Below, piece by piece: positions 19,501 through 28,405 of a stretch of 64,000 nt of DNA. Both the position numbers and the translations under genes were made by a program. Under the pieces are notes generated by a model that saw only the letters and a list, made by a program, of their open reading frames with translations, was not told the origin of the DNA and did not search any database. The DNA is from a virus (taxonomy: Duplodnaviria; Caudoviricetes), in IMG/VR virus record IMGVR_UViG_3300020049_016424, positions 96,001-160,000 of that record. One strand, 5' to 3'. Numbering within the stretch: the stretch's first letter is position 1; each line of letters begins with the position of its first letter.

Positions 19501-21154
19501 CGACGTGAACCTGCAGCCGACCAAGGGCGGCGACGAAGGTGCGAAAGGCCTTGGCAAGATGGAGATCAACACGCTGCTCGCGCACAACGCGCGCAACGTG
19601 CTCAAGGACGTGCTCACCGTGAAGTCCGAGAAGTCGGACGAGTACTGGCGTGCGCTCGAGTTCGGGCTGCCGCCGCCGGCGCCGAAGACGCCGTTCGTCA
19701 CGCAGAAGTTCAACGCAATGCTCACCGGCGCCGGCATCAACGTCGACAAGCGCGGCAGCATCGTCGGTATCCATGCGCTGACCGATGCGCACGTGAAGGG
19801 GCTCTCGAGCGGCGCGCTCACGCTGCCGGAGCTCGAGAAGAGCAAGAGCTTCATGGTCACGTCGAAGAACCTGAAGCCCGAGACCGGCGGCCTGTTCGAC
19901 CCCGTGCGTACCGGCGGGCTGTCGGGCACGCGATGGTCGCACATCGAGCTGCCCGAGGCTTCGGTGAGCCCCGTGTTCGAGGAGCCCGTACGGCGCCTCC
20001 TCGGCCTCACCAAGGCGAGCCTCGAGAAGGAGCTGATGGACAAGGGCGGCGACGCCCTCAAGAAGAAGCTCAACCGCCTCGACCTCGACAAGCTCGAGAC
20101 CGAGCTCGAGGACAAGACGCGCACGGCACGCGCCTCGGCGCTCGACGACGTCGTCAAGCAGCTGAAGTACGTCCGCGCGCTGAAGTCGCACGGCGTGAAG
20201 GCCGGCGACGCGTATTTCCCGACGCTCGTGCCGGTCATCCCGCCCATCATGCGGCCGATCCTGCCGAGCCAGCGCTCGGGAGAGCTTCAGATCTCAGATG
20301 CGAACTACCTCTACCGCGACGTGGCGCTGGCCGCAGCGGGCCTGAAGGCCGCGAAGGAGACCGAGCTCCCCGAGCTCATCGGCTCCGCACGCAAGCACCT
20401 CTACGACGCCCACGCAGCGCTCGCAGGCACCCGCGAGCCCACATCACCGCAGCTTCAAGGCCGCGGCGTGAAGGGCTTCGTCACGCAGGTGACCGGCGCA
20501 GGCAGCCCGAAGAGCGGCTTCCTCTTCAAGAAGATCTTGAAGCGGCAGCAAGACCTATCGGGCCGCGCCACCGCGACGCCCGACAACACCCTCGACATGG
20601 ACCAGATCGGGGTGCCCGAGGACATGCTCTGGAAGACGTACGACAAGTTCGTCATGAAGGGCCTCATCGGGCAGGGCTACGCCGCGACCCGCGCACAGGA
20701 GATGGTGCAGGAGCGCCACCCTGCCGCGAAGGTCGTCTTCGACCGAGAGCTAAAAGAACGGCCGGTGTTCGTGAATCGAGCACCGTCGCTCCATAAGCAC
20801 AACTTCGTGGCCGCCTTCCCTGTAGCGGTTTCTGGGACCTCATTCCGCGTGAACCCCTTCATCGAGAAGGGCATGAACCTCGACTTCGACGGCGACGCCA
20901 TGCAGCTGCATGTGCCGGTATCCCCGAAGGCCGTCGAGGAGGCCAAGAACCTCACGCTGAGTAAGCTCCTGTTCACCGACAAGGCCCGGGGCGATCTCAT
21001 CATCTTCCCACAGCACGAAGCCATCATCGGCGCCTACCTTGCTACTTCGGGCGCCGCGAAGGGCGCTTCGAAGAAGTTCAAGGACAAGGCAGCCGCGATG
21101 GCCGCGTACAAGCGGGGCGAGATCACCCTCGAGACTCCCATCGAGATCGGCTGA
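16574..21154 (+). CDS. Phage multi-subunit RNA polymerase: beta fused to N-terminal half of beta'
   Basis: Beta motifs TPESGHAG, NRAIMGSKFQTQALPL, LGKNL, GDKLANRFGGKGVVS, SRINPAQ, GKMEINTL; beta' motifs GGLFD, HIEL, VPVIPP..RP, SGRA, NRAPSLHK, catalytic NLDFDGD; start set at MASDR (TAGACT 5 nt upstream). Confidence 0.95.
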   Translation: MASDRTPPVSAAPAGLRPVVISAREKRELLREKTLEGLQSLFPILGRSHDLHLISAAVKPTTYSSNEQKRAILEGRTLSEPIVGRLVLKDKAGAVVDTKDKHILAHLPYFTERHTMIVGGNEYEVPNQLRLKPGVYTRERGNGEYEAAFNLSKGENFRLSMDPETGKMSAEFATTTAPLYPLLRALGVQDTTVRQHWGADLLDANKKSAGKEEAVLNKLVARFRKPKDAMPSTLEGKRAFVQNYFDGTRMSTQVTERTLGKGYDRVTPDALLRASQKLLEVHRGEAEEDDRDSLEFKTIHSVEDFFKERLEKDAKYSVNNKLIHKMNQSKTKQIKGFMPNAAYTRPLTSFLTSSAISAIPTQFNPIELIDHAAKVTSLGEGGITADRAIPFEARKVHGTHYGVLDIVRTPESGHAGIDLRAAMGAYRDSAGELYAHMKDTRTGKHAPVRVTTLARSSVGFAGQGESSAKMDALKGSNAVSLDRKKVDYVLADHTHQFSPATALVPFLDGMQMNRAIMGSKFQTQALPLLEREVPFIQAQAPRAGHSMEREVARLTVPTSSVHGTVEKIDADYIYIRPHAEKHAAVSDDLIEAPARETTPEETLWAKQAAYEDYDLDEEDGLDDLAITPPEHLSDAKIASSDTGLIKLPYDTHFPLAAKTYLHNDVTAKVGDTVTPGQTLAESNFTRNGTMALGKNLSVAYLAYYGKNSNDAVVISEAAAKKLTSEHMYKEVLRKGPDTLQGKAKYMAYFGMRFTKAQLDKLDDNGVAKPGAHFSPGDPIVLALEKATPSPEAAMLGHLHKSLVKPYRDAAVMWEHHTDGEAIDAVNAARQVVVTVRTHEAMKIGDKLANRFGGKGVVSEIIPQHKMVQDEAGKPIDVLFTSAGIISRINPAQVVEGALGKVVEKTGKPLVIPQFQDHSNVEYAKKLLKEHGISDKETVYDPVSGRSIPKVFVGRSYILKLFKSGETNYAARGVTSYDVNLQPTKGGDEGAKGLGKMEINTLLAHNARNVLKDVLTVKSEKSDEYWRALEFGLPPPAPKTPFVTQKFNAMLTGAGINVDKRGSIVGIHALTDAHVKGLSSGALTLPELEKSKSFMVTSKNLKPETGGLFDPVRTGGLSGTRWSHIELPEASVSPVFEEPVRRLLGLTKASLEKELMDKGGDALKKKLNRLDLDKLETELEDKTRTARASALDDVVKQLKYVRALKSHGVKAGDAYFPTLVPVIPPIMRPILPSQRSGELQISDANYLYRDVALAAAGLKAAKETELPELIGSARKHLYDAHAALAGTREPTSPQLQGRGVKGFVTQVTGAGSPKSGFLFKKILKRQQDLSGRATATPDNTLDMDQIGVPEDMLWKTYDKFVMKGLIGQGYAATRAQEMVQERHPAAKVVFDRELKERPVFVNRAPSLHKHNFVAAFPVAVSGTSFRVNPFIEKGMNLDFDGDAMQLHVPVSPKAVEEAKNLTLSKLLFTDKARGDLIIFPQHEAIIGAYLATSGAAKGASKKFKDKAAAMAAYKRGEITLETPIEIG

Positions 21155-21155
21155 A

Positions 21156-21812
21156 CTACTTCGCCCATCTCTCGCGCATGCACCCGGGCCACAAGCCTTC
21201 CAGCTCGAGGAACTCCGAGATCGTGCGCTGCACCACCGTGACGATCATGTGTTCGTCTTCGAGGCGCACTGAAAGAGCAAGCGCAGCACGGATGTCCGCA
21301 TGCCTGGTTCGCGGCTGCTCCGCGAGGGCGTTCTGCGTGATGACCTCATCGAAACGATCTCCGCAGGCGTTGTTGAACACACGAAGTGCGGCTACTGTGG
21401 CGCGCCGCTTCTCTTGATCGTGCAGCTTCTGCCGGAATGGTCCGTTGATTCGATACGCTCTCTCGTGATAGATGTTGGGCAGCCCTACGAGGGTTGTCGG
21501 CGTACTCCACCGCTTAGGCGGGTGTGGATGCTCTCCAGGAGCATCGTTGCCGTAGAGCAGCGCTACCTGCTTGTACACACCGCCTTCACCTGCACGGCAC
21601 GCCGCGAGCCCTTCTTGAAGGTAGGTGCACGGCAGTTTGTGGGGTTGGTGCACGTAGAGATGGCACAGCCCTAGTACGGCGTGCACCGCACAAAGAACGG
21701 CGTTCTCCGGGGCGATGTCTGCCGTGAGCCACCAGGCGCCATCCGGAAGCGGGAAGAGAGGGGCCATCTTCGTGACGAAAGTCTGGAACGTTTCTTCGGG
21801 CCATTGGGGCAT
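21156..21812 (-). CDS. Hypothetical protein (putative early gene)
   Basis: Start set at MPQWPE; GGTAAAAG motif upstream. Confidence 0.6.
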   Translation of the reverse strand: MPQWPEETFQTFVTKMAPLFPLPDGAWWLTADIAPENAVLCAVHAVLGLCHLYVHQPHKLPCTYLQEGLAACRAGEGGVYKQVALLYGNDAPGEHPHPPKRWSTPTTLVGLPNIYHERAYRINGPFRQKLHDQEKRRATVAALRVFNNACGDRFDEVITQNALAEQPRTRHADIRAALALSVRLEDEHMIVTVVQRTISEFLELEGLWPGCMRERWAK

Positions 21813-21843
21813 ATTGGTGCGGCTTTCTGTGGGGGTATATCTT

Positions 21844-21870
21844 CTTTTACCCTCAAATGCCGTTGGTTTT
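21844..21870 (-). promoter_or_regulatory. Putative phage-RNAP promoter AAAAC-N14-GGTAAAAG
   Basis: Repeated motif. Confidence 0.6.
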
Positions 21871-22521
21871 GGCAACGTGACGCTTCTTTCCGTGGAGCCC
21901 GCGGTCACGTTCTTCTTCGTATTTTCGTAGCCGTGCTTGTACCCGCTGCTCCTTCCGGATGACGCGTGCCGTGCCTGCGATTTCTTCCGGGTGGGCTACC
22001 CAGCCCGGGGATTGTCTCATCACCGCGGTGACCGTGGTGCGGACTCGGTCTGCAATCATGTGCGTGCGCTGCCGCTTCATCGCACTCAGGACCTTTTGCG
22101 CGGTGTAGCTCGAGTCACGAAGCGCAGGTCGAGCTCTGAGCGACGCATGTCCGAACGTCAGCAGGGCTTCGCGGTTGAAGCCGTCGAGTACGGGCTCGAG
22201 CACCAAGATTGTCGCTGCGAGCGCGTCGATCTCATGCCGATCGCCCTTTGCCGTTCCGCCCAGGTTTGAGATCACCCCCACGTGGTCATCCAGATGCCTG
22301 TCCTTGAGCAGAAAGCGCAGGAGACGATCTGCACTACTGTCAGAGGTCAGATACACGGCCCAGTAGTGCCCAAGCTCGTGCACGAACCCTTCGATAGCCG
22401 CGTGCGGGGAGTTTGTGAACACGCCAAACGCGCCCGTGTCCCCTGTGAGGTAGCAGAGCGCCTTGTCCGCGATCTTTGTGCAGGTCTTCGCAGACCAATA
22501 CCGTGAGGAGGGAGCTTTCAT
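21853..22521 (-). CDS. Zincin-like (HExxH) metallopeptidase-family protein, ImmA/IrrE-like
   Basis: FVHELGHY and downstream HEIDA; start set at MKAPSS. Confidence 0.5.
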   Translation of the reverse strand: MKAPSSRYWSAKTCTKIADKALCYLTGDTGAFGVFTNSPHAAIEGFVHELGHYWAVYLTSDSSADRLLRFLLKDRHLDDHVGVISNLGGTAKGDRHEIDALAATILVLEPVLDGFNREALLTFGHASLRARPALRDSSYTAQKVLSAMKRQRTHMIADRVRTTVTAVMRQSPGWVAHPEEIAGTARVIRKEQRVQARLRKYEEERDRGLHGKKRHVAKTNGI

Positions 22522-22594
22522 ACGTGCTTCTACCGTGCCCTGCCGCCGCTTTCGGAGCCCTTCCCTCGAAAGGCCTCTGTGATACGCTGCGGAG

Positions 22595-23530
22595 GTGCTT
22601 TCCCCCGAACAGCTCCTGAAGCTCGCTGCGCCCATCTTCTCAGCAGAAGCTGCGCCTCTCGCGCAGCGTCTCTTCTCGACGAAGCTCGGTCCCACTGGCG
22701 CGCAAGCGTTGCAGAACCGCTCGCGAGCAGTGACTGACCGGATTACGCAGCAGGGGCTCGCTCGGGCACGCGCACTCGGGGACGCCGCAGGTCCGACTTC
22801 CTCGAAGTGGCTCGCATCCCGCTCGGGGTGGAATGCCCCGACACTCGCGAGTCCGCAGTTCGACTCCCTCTTCGAAGGAGCGCTGAAGGCAGCGGCTGCA
22901 AAGAAGAAGGACGACGACACCGACTACGACGATCTCCGCAGTACCCTGCGGAGTTTCGCGCCGTTCACGGACGATGTAGCTCGCAGGGTCACATCGCATG
23001 CGAAGAAGCGCGGCGCGAAGAGGGCGCTCGAGAAGTTCGGCATGGAGCTCGCCTTCGACACGCCGCAAGAGGTGCAGCGTCACCGTGACGTGCGCGGACT
23101 CGCCCAAGGTGCGGGCGCCCTGGGCGGCGCCTACGCCGGCTTCAAGGCCACGCCCGGCGGCATGGGGCGCAAGCTCCTCGGCGGCGTGATCGGAGGCGGC
23201 CTCGGACACACGGGTGCCGGCATCGCGGTGGACTCCGCCCACGACATCCCGCAGCGTACGCGGGCGCAGTACGACACCACGCAGCAGCGCCTGCATGCAG
23301 CCGGCGGCGTTCCTGCGCTGAAGCTCGCGGACATCGCCGACGATCTCGTCGCAGCCATCGCCGAGGGCGAGGGGCACGAAGTAGGCCCTGGCACCGAGTC
23401 CTTCGCGGAGTCCGAGCTTGCGCAGCGCACGTCGTCCCCGTCCTGGGGCGCGGTGGCGAACGTAGACGGCAGCGGAACGCAGGGCGGAAACATGCAGACC
23501 GGCGCTGGGATGTCCTACGGAGGCGTGTGA
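22595..23530 (+). CDS. Putative inner-head/virion protein with glycine-zipper segment
   Basis: TGaTACGCT 6 nt before GTG; KLAA/KLAD, GAKRALEKFGM, GxxxG segments. Confidence 0.65.
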   Translation: MLSPEQLLKLAAPIFSAEAAPLAQRLFSTKLGPTGAQALQNRSRAVTDRITQQGLARARALGDAAGPTSSKWLASRSGWNAPTLASPQFDSLFEGALKAAAAKKKDDDTDYDDLRSTLRSFAPFTDDVARRVTSHAKKRGAKRALEKFGMELAFDTPQEVQRHRDVRGLAQGAGALGGAYAGFKATPGGMGRKLLGGVIGGGLGHTGAGIAVDSAHDIPQRTRAQYDTTQQRLHAAGGVPALKLADIADDLVAAIAEGEGHEVGPGTESFAESELAQRTSSPSWGAVANVDGSGTQGGNMQTGAGMSYGGV

Positions 23531-25005
23531 TGCCGCTCGAGGGCGCCGAAGCTCTTCGCACCACGCTGCAACCGCACCAGCAACGTGTGGGCGACCGGCT
23601 GTCTGCAGATGACCAGCCGGGGCTCGTAGCCATCCACGGCCTCGGCAGCGGCAAGACCCTCACAAGCATCGGCGCCGCACAGGCGCTCGGGCTGCCTGCG
23701 CACGCTGTCGTGCCTGCCTCGCTCCAGGGCAACTACGAGAAGGAGCTCGACAAGCACCTCACGACGGGGGCAGCGCGGCCTGAAGTGCACTCGCTGCAGC
23801 GCACGACGATGCGCCCCGAGAGCGTCGACCCTGCGGGCGGTTTCCTGATCATGGATGAGGCGCACCGCGTCCGCGACCCTTCGACGAAGAGCTACAGTGC
23901 CGCGAAGCAACTCGGACAACAGGCTGCGAAGCGCCTGTACATGACCGCGAGCCCCACCTACAACCACCCCGTCGATCTCGCGCCCCTCGTGAACCTTGCT
24001 GCAGGGGAGAAGGTCCTGCCGGCGAACAAGCAGGAGTTCGAAGATCGGTACGTGCGCACGCGCCGCATCGACCCTGGATTCTTCGCACGCACCTTTCGCG
24101 GCATCAAACCCGGCGAGGTGCAGGAGCTCACGCGCCAGCAGGAGCTCGAGGACGTCGCGAAGAAGTGGGTCGACTACCACGAAGGCGGCGGAGGTGATTT
24201 CCCCGACCGTATCGATGAGACCATCTCCGTGCCGATGTCGAGCGAGCAGCGCGACGTCTACGACACGGTGCTTGGCAAGGCCCCTGCCTGGATGCAGTAC
24301 AAGGTGAGGCACGGGCTACCCCCTTCGAAGGCCGAAGCTGCCGATCTCAACGCGTTCATGACCGGCGCGCGGCAGGCACAGCTCTCCCCGCACGTGTTCC
24401 AGCAAGGGATGGACCCGCTGCTGGGTGCGACGAAGCAGCACGCCGCATTCGAGCGTCTGCAGAAAGCCATTGCAGAGAACCCGGAGCATCGGGCAGTCGT
24501 CTACTCGAACTACCTGCAAGCGGGCCTCGGGCCCTACCAGGCCCTCCTCGACAAGCACCAGATCCCATACGCGTCGTTCACCGGCGAAATGGGGCGCGGT
24601 GAGCGGGAGCAGGCCGTGCGTGACTACAATCGGGGCAAACTCCGTGCGCTCCTCGTCTCGAGCGCGGGCGGCGAAGGCCTGGACCTGAAGGGGACACGGC
24701 AGCTGCAGTTACTCGAACCTGCTTGGAACGCCGAACGGCTGAATCAGGTGATTGGGCGGGGGATCCGCTATAAGAGCCACGCGCATTTACCCGAAGATCA
24801 GCGCAACGTTCGCGTAGAACAGTATTTGTCTTCCATCCCGCAGGGGCATCTAGGCAAGTTCTTTGGTGTGCAACCCGAGATGACGGCTGACGCGTACCTC
24901 ACGCAGGTAAGTGCAGACAAAGAACGGCTGAATCAGCAGTTACGTCGCATATTGGAACGCGCGCAAGCCCATGCTACTCCTCCCCTAGCGCATGAAAAAA
25001 CATAA
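23527..25005 (+). CDS. SF2 (SNF2-like) helicase between the RNAP genes
   Basis: HGLGSGKT, MDEAH, MTASP, SAGGEGLDLKG, QVIGRGIR. Confidence 0.9.
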   Translation: MMPLEGAEALRTTLQPHQQRVGDRLSADDQPGLVAIHGLGSGKTLTSIGAAQALGLPAHAVVPASLQGNYEKELDKHLTTGAARPEVHSLQRTTMRPESVDPAGGFLIMDEAHRVRDPSTKSYSAAKQLGQQAAKRLYMTASPTYNHPVDLAPLVNLAAGEKVLPANKQEFEDRYVRTRRIDPGFFARTFRGIKPGEVQELTRQQELEDVAKKWVDYHEGGGGDFPDRIDETISVPMSSEQRDVYDTVLGKAPAWMQYKVRHGLPPSKAEAADLNAFMTGARQAQLSPHVFQQGMDPLLGATKQHAAFERLQKAIAENPEHRAVVYSNYLQAGLGPYQALLDKHQIPYASFTGEMGRGEREQAVRDYNRGKLRALLVSSAGGEGLDLKGTRQLQLLEPAWNAERLNQVIGRGIRYKSHAHLPEDQRNVRVEQYLSSIPQGHLGKFFGVQPEMTADAYLTQVSADKERLNQQLRRILERAQAHATPPLAHEKT

Positions 25006-25894
25006 GTACCGCGTACAAGAGTACCGCGCAGAGTATCATGCGCTGTGGAACGCCGTAGCTCGCTGTACAAACCCGCGCAATGCTTCGTACTCTGCATACG
25101 GCGCAAAAGGGGTCCAGGTGTGTGAAGCATGGCGCGGCTCTGAAGGATTCAACGTATTCATCCACGATATGGGGCCCCGTCCTAGTGTTCTACACAGTTT
25201 GGACCGTGTAGATGTGACGGGCGGTTACACGCGCGACAATTGTCGGTGGGCCACCCGATCAGAGCAGGCAAATAACACTAGGAATACCCGAAAAATCACG
25301 CTATTTGAAACAACTAAGACGTTCAAACAGTGGGCGGCAGTGTACGGACTGCGCGATTCGTTAGTGCACACCCGTATCAACAAACTAGGCTGGCCGATAG
25401 AGCGTGCGTTCACCACGCCTGCTGCGAAGGTGGACCAAGCTAAGGGCGCAGACCCTGCAGCAGCCGCCCTTCGACGTGCGATCCAACGCTGCCACAACCC
25501 AAACAACCCACAGTACGCGCGCTATGGCGCTCGCGGAATCGTTGTCTGCACACAATGGCGTGGAAAGCGGGGCCTGTCGCAGTTCAAACAGGATATCGGA
25601 CCCCATCCGGGGCCTGGATATTCGCTGGATCGAATAGATACCAACCAAGGATACGCGCCGGAAAACTGTCGTTGGGCGACACGAACAACACAATTGAATA
25701 ACCGTAGGTGCACTAAAACCCTAACATACGCAGGACGCTGTCTCACGTATGCGCAATGGGCGCGAGATCTGGGCATTGACGAACAGACAGTCCGCTGGCG
25801 CATCAAACAAGGGTGGCCCCTTCCGCGGGTGCTCGCGCCAAGCCCAATACAACGCGCACGCAGGCTCTTGACCGCTGCCGCAGCTACCCAGTAG
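24992..25894 (+). mobile_element. Free-standing homing endonuclease with two tandem HNH units
   Basis: Two copies of RC.NP...Y..YG..G..VC..W...SLDR.D...GY...NCRWAT...NN; visibly lower GC than flanks. Confidence 0.85.
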
Positions 25895-25904
25895 CCTGTT
25901 GCGC

Positions 25905-26556
25905 ATGTTGATCCTCGAAATCCGTGCCGGCGAAGGTGGATCTGACGCCAAGGACCTCGTTCTCGAACAGCAGGAGATGTATCTCCGGCGCTGCGCGTTC
26001 CACGGTCTTTGACTGCGCGCTGCTCGACGCACGCCCCAGCAGCGTGACGCTCCGCATCGCAGGCTCTCGCGCCGCAGACCTGTTCCGAGACGAAACTGGC
26101 AAGCACTGCTGGATGCGTGTGCCTCCGGGCGAGAAGCGCGGTCGTGTTCACACGAGCACCGTCACCGTGGCCGTGCTGCCCGAGGTCTCTGAGCGCACGC
26201 TCTCGATCCCGGAACGTGACCTCGAGATCTCAGTGTGCAGAGGCTCGGGCGCAGGAGGCCAGCACCGTAACAAGACCGAGTCGGCCGTGATGATGAAGCA
26301 CGTGCCTACAGGGATCATCGTGCGTTGTGAGTCCGAGCGCTCTCAGATCCAAAACCGCGCCTCTGCGCTCGAAGTGCTCCGTGCGCGACTCGGCGCCGCG
26401 GCCCGCACAGGCGCGCACCTCGACCGCAACGCAGGGCGTAGGGAGCAGCTCGAAGGGTCGAAGCGCCGAACCGTACGCGTACCCGACGGGCAAGTCGTCG
26501 ACCACCTCACCGGTAGGGTCTGGAAGCTGCGAGACTACCTGAAGGGGACCTGGTAA
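25905..26556 (+). CDS. Class I peptide chain release factor homologue (RF1-like, lacking domain 1) expressed via +1 frameshift at CTT-TGA-C (26007-26013)
   Basis: Frame 0 (25905-26012): MLILEIRAGEGGSDA...MYLRR..HGL*; +1 frame continues DCALL...ETGKH...RVPPGEKRGRVHTSTVTVAVLP...GAGGQHRNKTESAV...ERSQIQNR; joined product about 216 aa. Confidence 0.85.
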
Positions 26557-26572
26557 GATCCGGCCTAGCTCC

Positions 26573-28369
26573 ATGAAGACGCTCGGCCAGCACCTGCTCG
26601 ATGACGCCGTACCCGCCGGCTATCGCCCACAAGGGGCTTGGACGCGCGGGGCGCTCTACAAGCAGATGGTGCGGCTCGCGCAAGACGACCCCGAAACGTA
26701 CACGCAGACCATCGTCCGGGTGAAGAACCTGGGCGATGAGCTCGCGACGCTCGAGGGCATCAGCGTCGGTCTCGACGACATCGCACCGATCCACGCGACG
26801 CGGGATGCCGTGATGAAGCCCGCGATCTCCGCCTTCAACAAGGCGACGACCGACACGCAACGCCGCAAGGTCGTCATGGACACGCAGGCGAAGCTCGTCG
26901 CGCAGACCAAGGACCATCCCGGAACGCTCGGCGCGATGGCGCGTTCAGGCGGCCGCGGTAACCAGGTGCAGCTGATGAAGACGGTGGGCAGCCCCGTGGC
27001 CGCAAACGACGAGCGGGACGTGGCGCAGCCCTGGCTGATCCGCAACTCCTACAGCGAGGGCCTCAAGCCCGCAGACTGGTGGACCGCGAATCGCGAAGCG
27101 CGCATGGCCGCGGTGAAGTCGACCATCGAGGTCACCGAGCCGGGCGACCTCTCGAAGATCATCGTCAACAACACCACCGGCCAAGTCGTCACCACGCACG
27201 ACTGCGGCAGCTACAACGGCCTCGAGTTCCAAACGACGTCGTCTGAGATCTACGACCGATACCTCGCAGGCGCCGCGGGCGGCTTCCCGCACAACACGCT
27301 CATCGACAAACGCGTCGTCGACGAACTCCGCAAGAAGAACATCACGAAGGTCATCGTGCGCTCTCCGATGACGTGCGAGGCTTCGACCGGCGTGTGCCAG
27401 CTCTGCATGGGTCGCGCCGTCACCGGCAAGCTCAACCGCATCGGGGACAACGTCGGCGTGCGCGCTTCGCACGCGATGGGCGAACCCCTCACGCAGCTCG
27501 CGCTCAACGCCAAGCACGGCGTGCGCACAGCGGGCGGCGCCGCGGGCGTCAGCGGTCTCGAGGGCTTCCGGGCGCTGATCGAAAGCCCCGTGACCTTCAA
27601 GGGCAAGGCGGCGCTCGCGCCGGTGAAGGGCACCGTAACGAAGATCGAAGCCGCGCCCCAGGGCGGTACGTTCTTCCACATGGGCGAACACCGCGTGCAC
27701 GCACTACCGGGGCTGCGCGCCGTCGTGAAGGCGGGCGACTCAGTGCATGCCGGGGACGTGCTCTCCGAAGGCACGCCGCGTCCGATGGAGGTCGTGGCGC
27801 TCAAGGGCCTCGGTGCCGGTCGGGACTACCTGGTGAACCAGCTCGGCACGATCTACAGGGACGCAGGCATCGACGTCGATCGCCGGCACCTCGAGATCCT
27901 CGCCAAGAGTACGCTGAATCACATGAAGGTCGACAAGATCGGTCAGAACGACCATGGCGTCGTTCGGGGCGACGTCATCACCTACAACAAGTTCCGGCAG
28001 ATCGTGAAAGACTCGATCGAGGACACGCCGCTTTCAGACGCCGAGGGCGAGTACCTCGCGGCGCCGGTGTTCGAGCACCTTCCAGGCACCCGCATCACTT
28101 CGGGCCTGATGGCCGATCTACGCCGGCGCGGTGTGAAGTCCGTGAAGACCGCCGCGGGCGCTCCGCAGGTGTCGCCCATCATGGCGCCTGCCACGCGTAA
28201 TCCGCTCTTGAACCCCGACTGGATGGCCCGCATGGGGCATCGCCTGCTCAAGCAGACGCTTCTCGACGCGGCGCACCAGGCGCACACGAGCGACATTCAC
28301 GGCGCATCGCCGATTCCCGCCATGATCTATAGCGCCGAGTTCGGCGAAGGTTTCGACGGGCACTACTAA
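26573..28369 (+). CDS. Phage RNA polymerase beta' C-terminal half
   Basis: SGGRGN, SYSEGL, TEPGDLSK (bridge helix), DCG, RSPMTC..GVCQLCMG, GEPLTQLALNAKH (trigger loop), DRRHLEIL. Confidence 0.93.
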   Translation: MKTLGQHLLDDAVPAGYRPQGAWTRGALYKQMVRLAQDDPETYTQTIVRVKNLGDELATLEGISVGLDDIAPIHATRDAVMKPAISAFNKATTDTQRRKVVMDTQAKLVAQTKDHPGTLGAMARSGGRGNQVQLMKTVGSPVAANDERDVAQPWLIRNSYSEGLKPADWWTANREARMAAVKSTIEVTEPGDLSKIIVNNTTGQVVTTHDCGSYNGLEFQTTSSEIYDRYLAGAAGGFPHNTLIDKRVVDELRKKNITKVIVRSPMTCEASTGVCQLCMGRAVTGKLNRIGDNVGVRASHAMGEPLTQLALNAKHGVRTAGGAAGVSGLEGFRALIESPVTFKGKAALAPVKGTVTKIEAAPQGGTFFHMGEHRVHALPGLRAVVKAGDSVHAGDVLSEGTPRPMEVVALKGLGAGRDYLVNQLGTIYRDAGIDVDRRHLEILAKSTLNHMKVDKIGQNDHGVVRGDVITYNKFRQIVKDSIEDTPLSDAEGEYLAAPVFEHLPGTRITSGLMADLRRRGVKSVKTAAGAPQVSPIMAPATRNPLLNPDWMARMGHRLLKQTLLDAAHQAHTSDIHGASPIPAMIYSAEFGEGFDGHY

Positions 28370-28405
28370 TCTCTGTGGGGAGATTCGTGGTAGAAAGGGA
28401 GTAAC

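Noticed and set aside
25924-26010. ORF-track N-terminus MPAKVDLTP... for the release factor
   Set aside because: No RF similarity; the conserved ILEIRAGxGG segment is in the overlapping frame starting at 25905.
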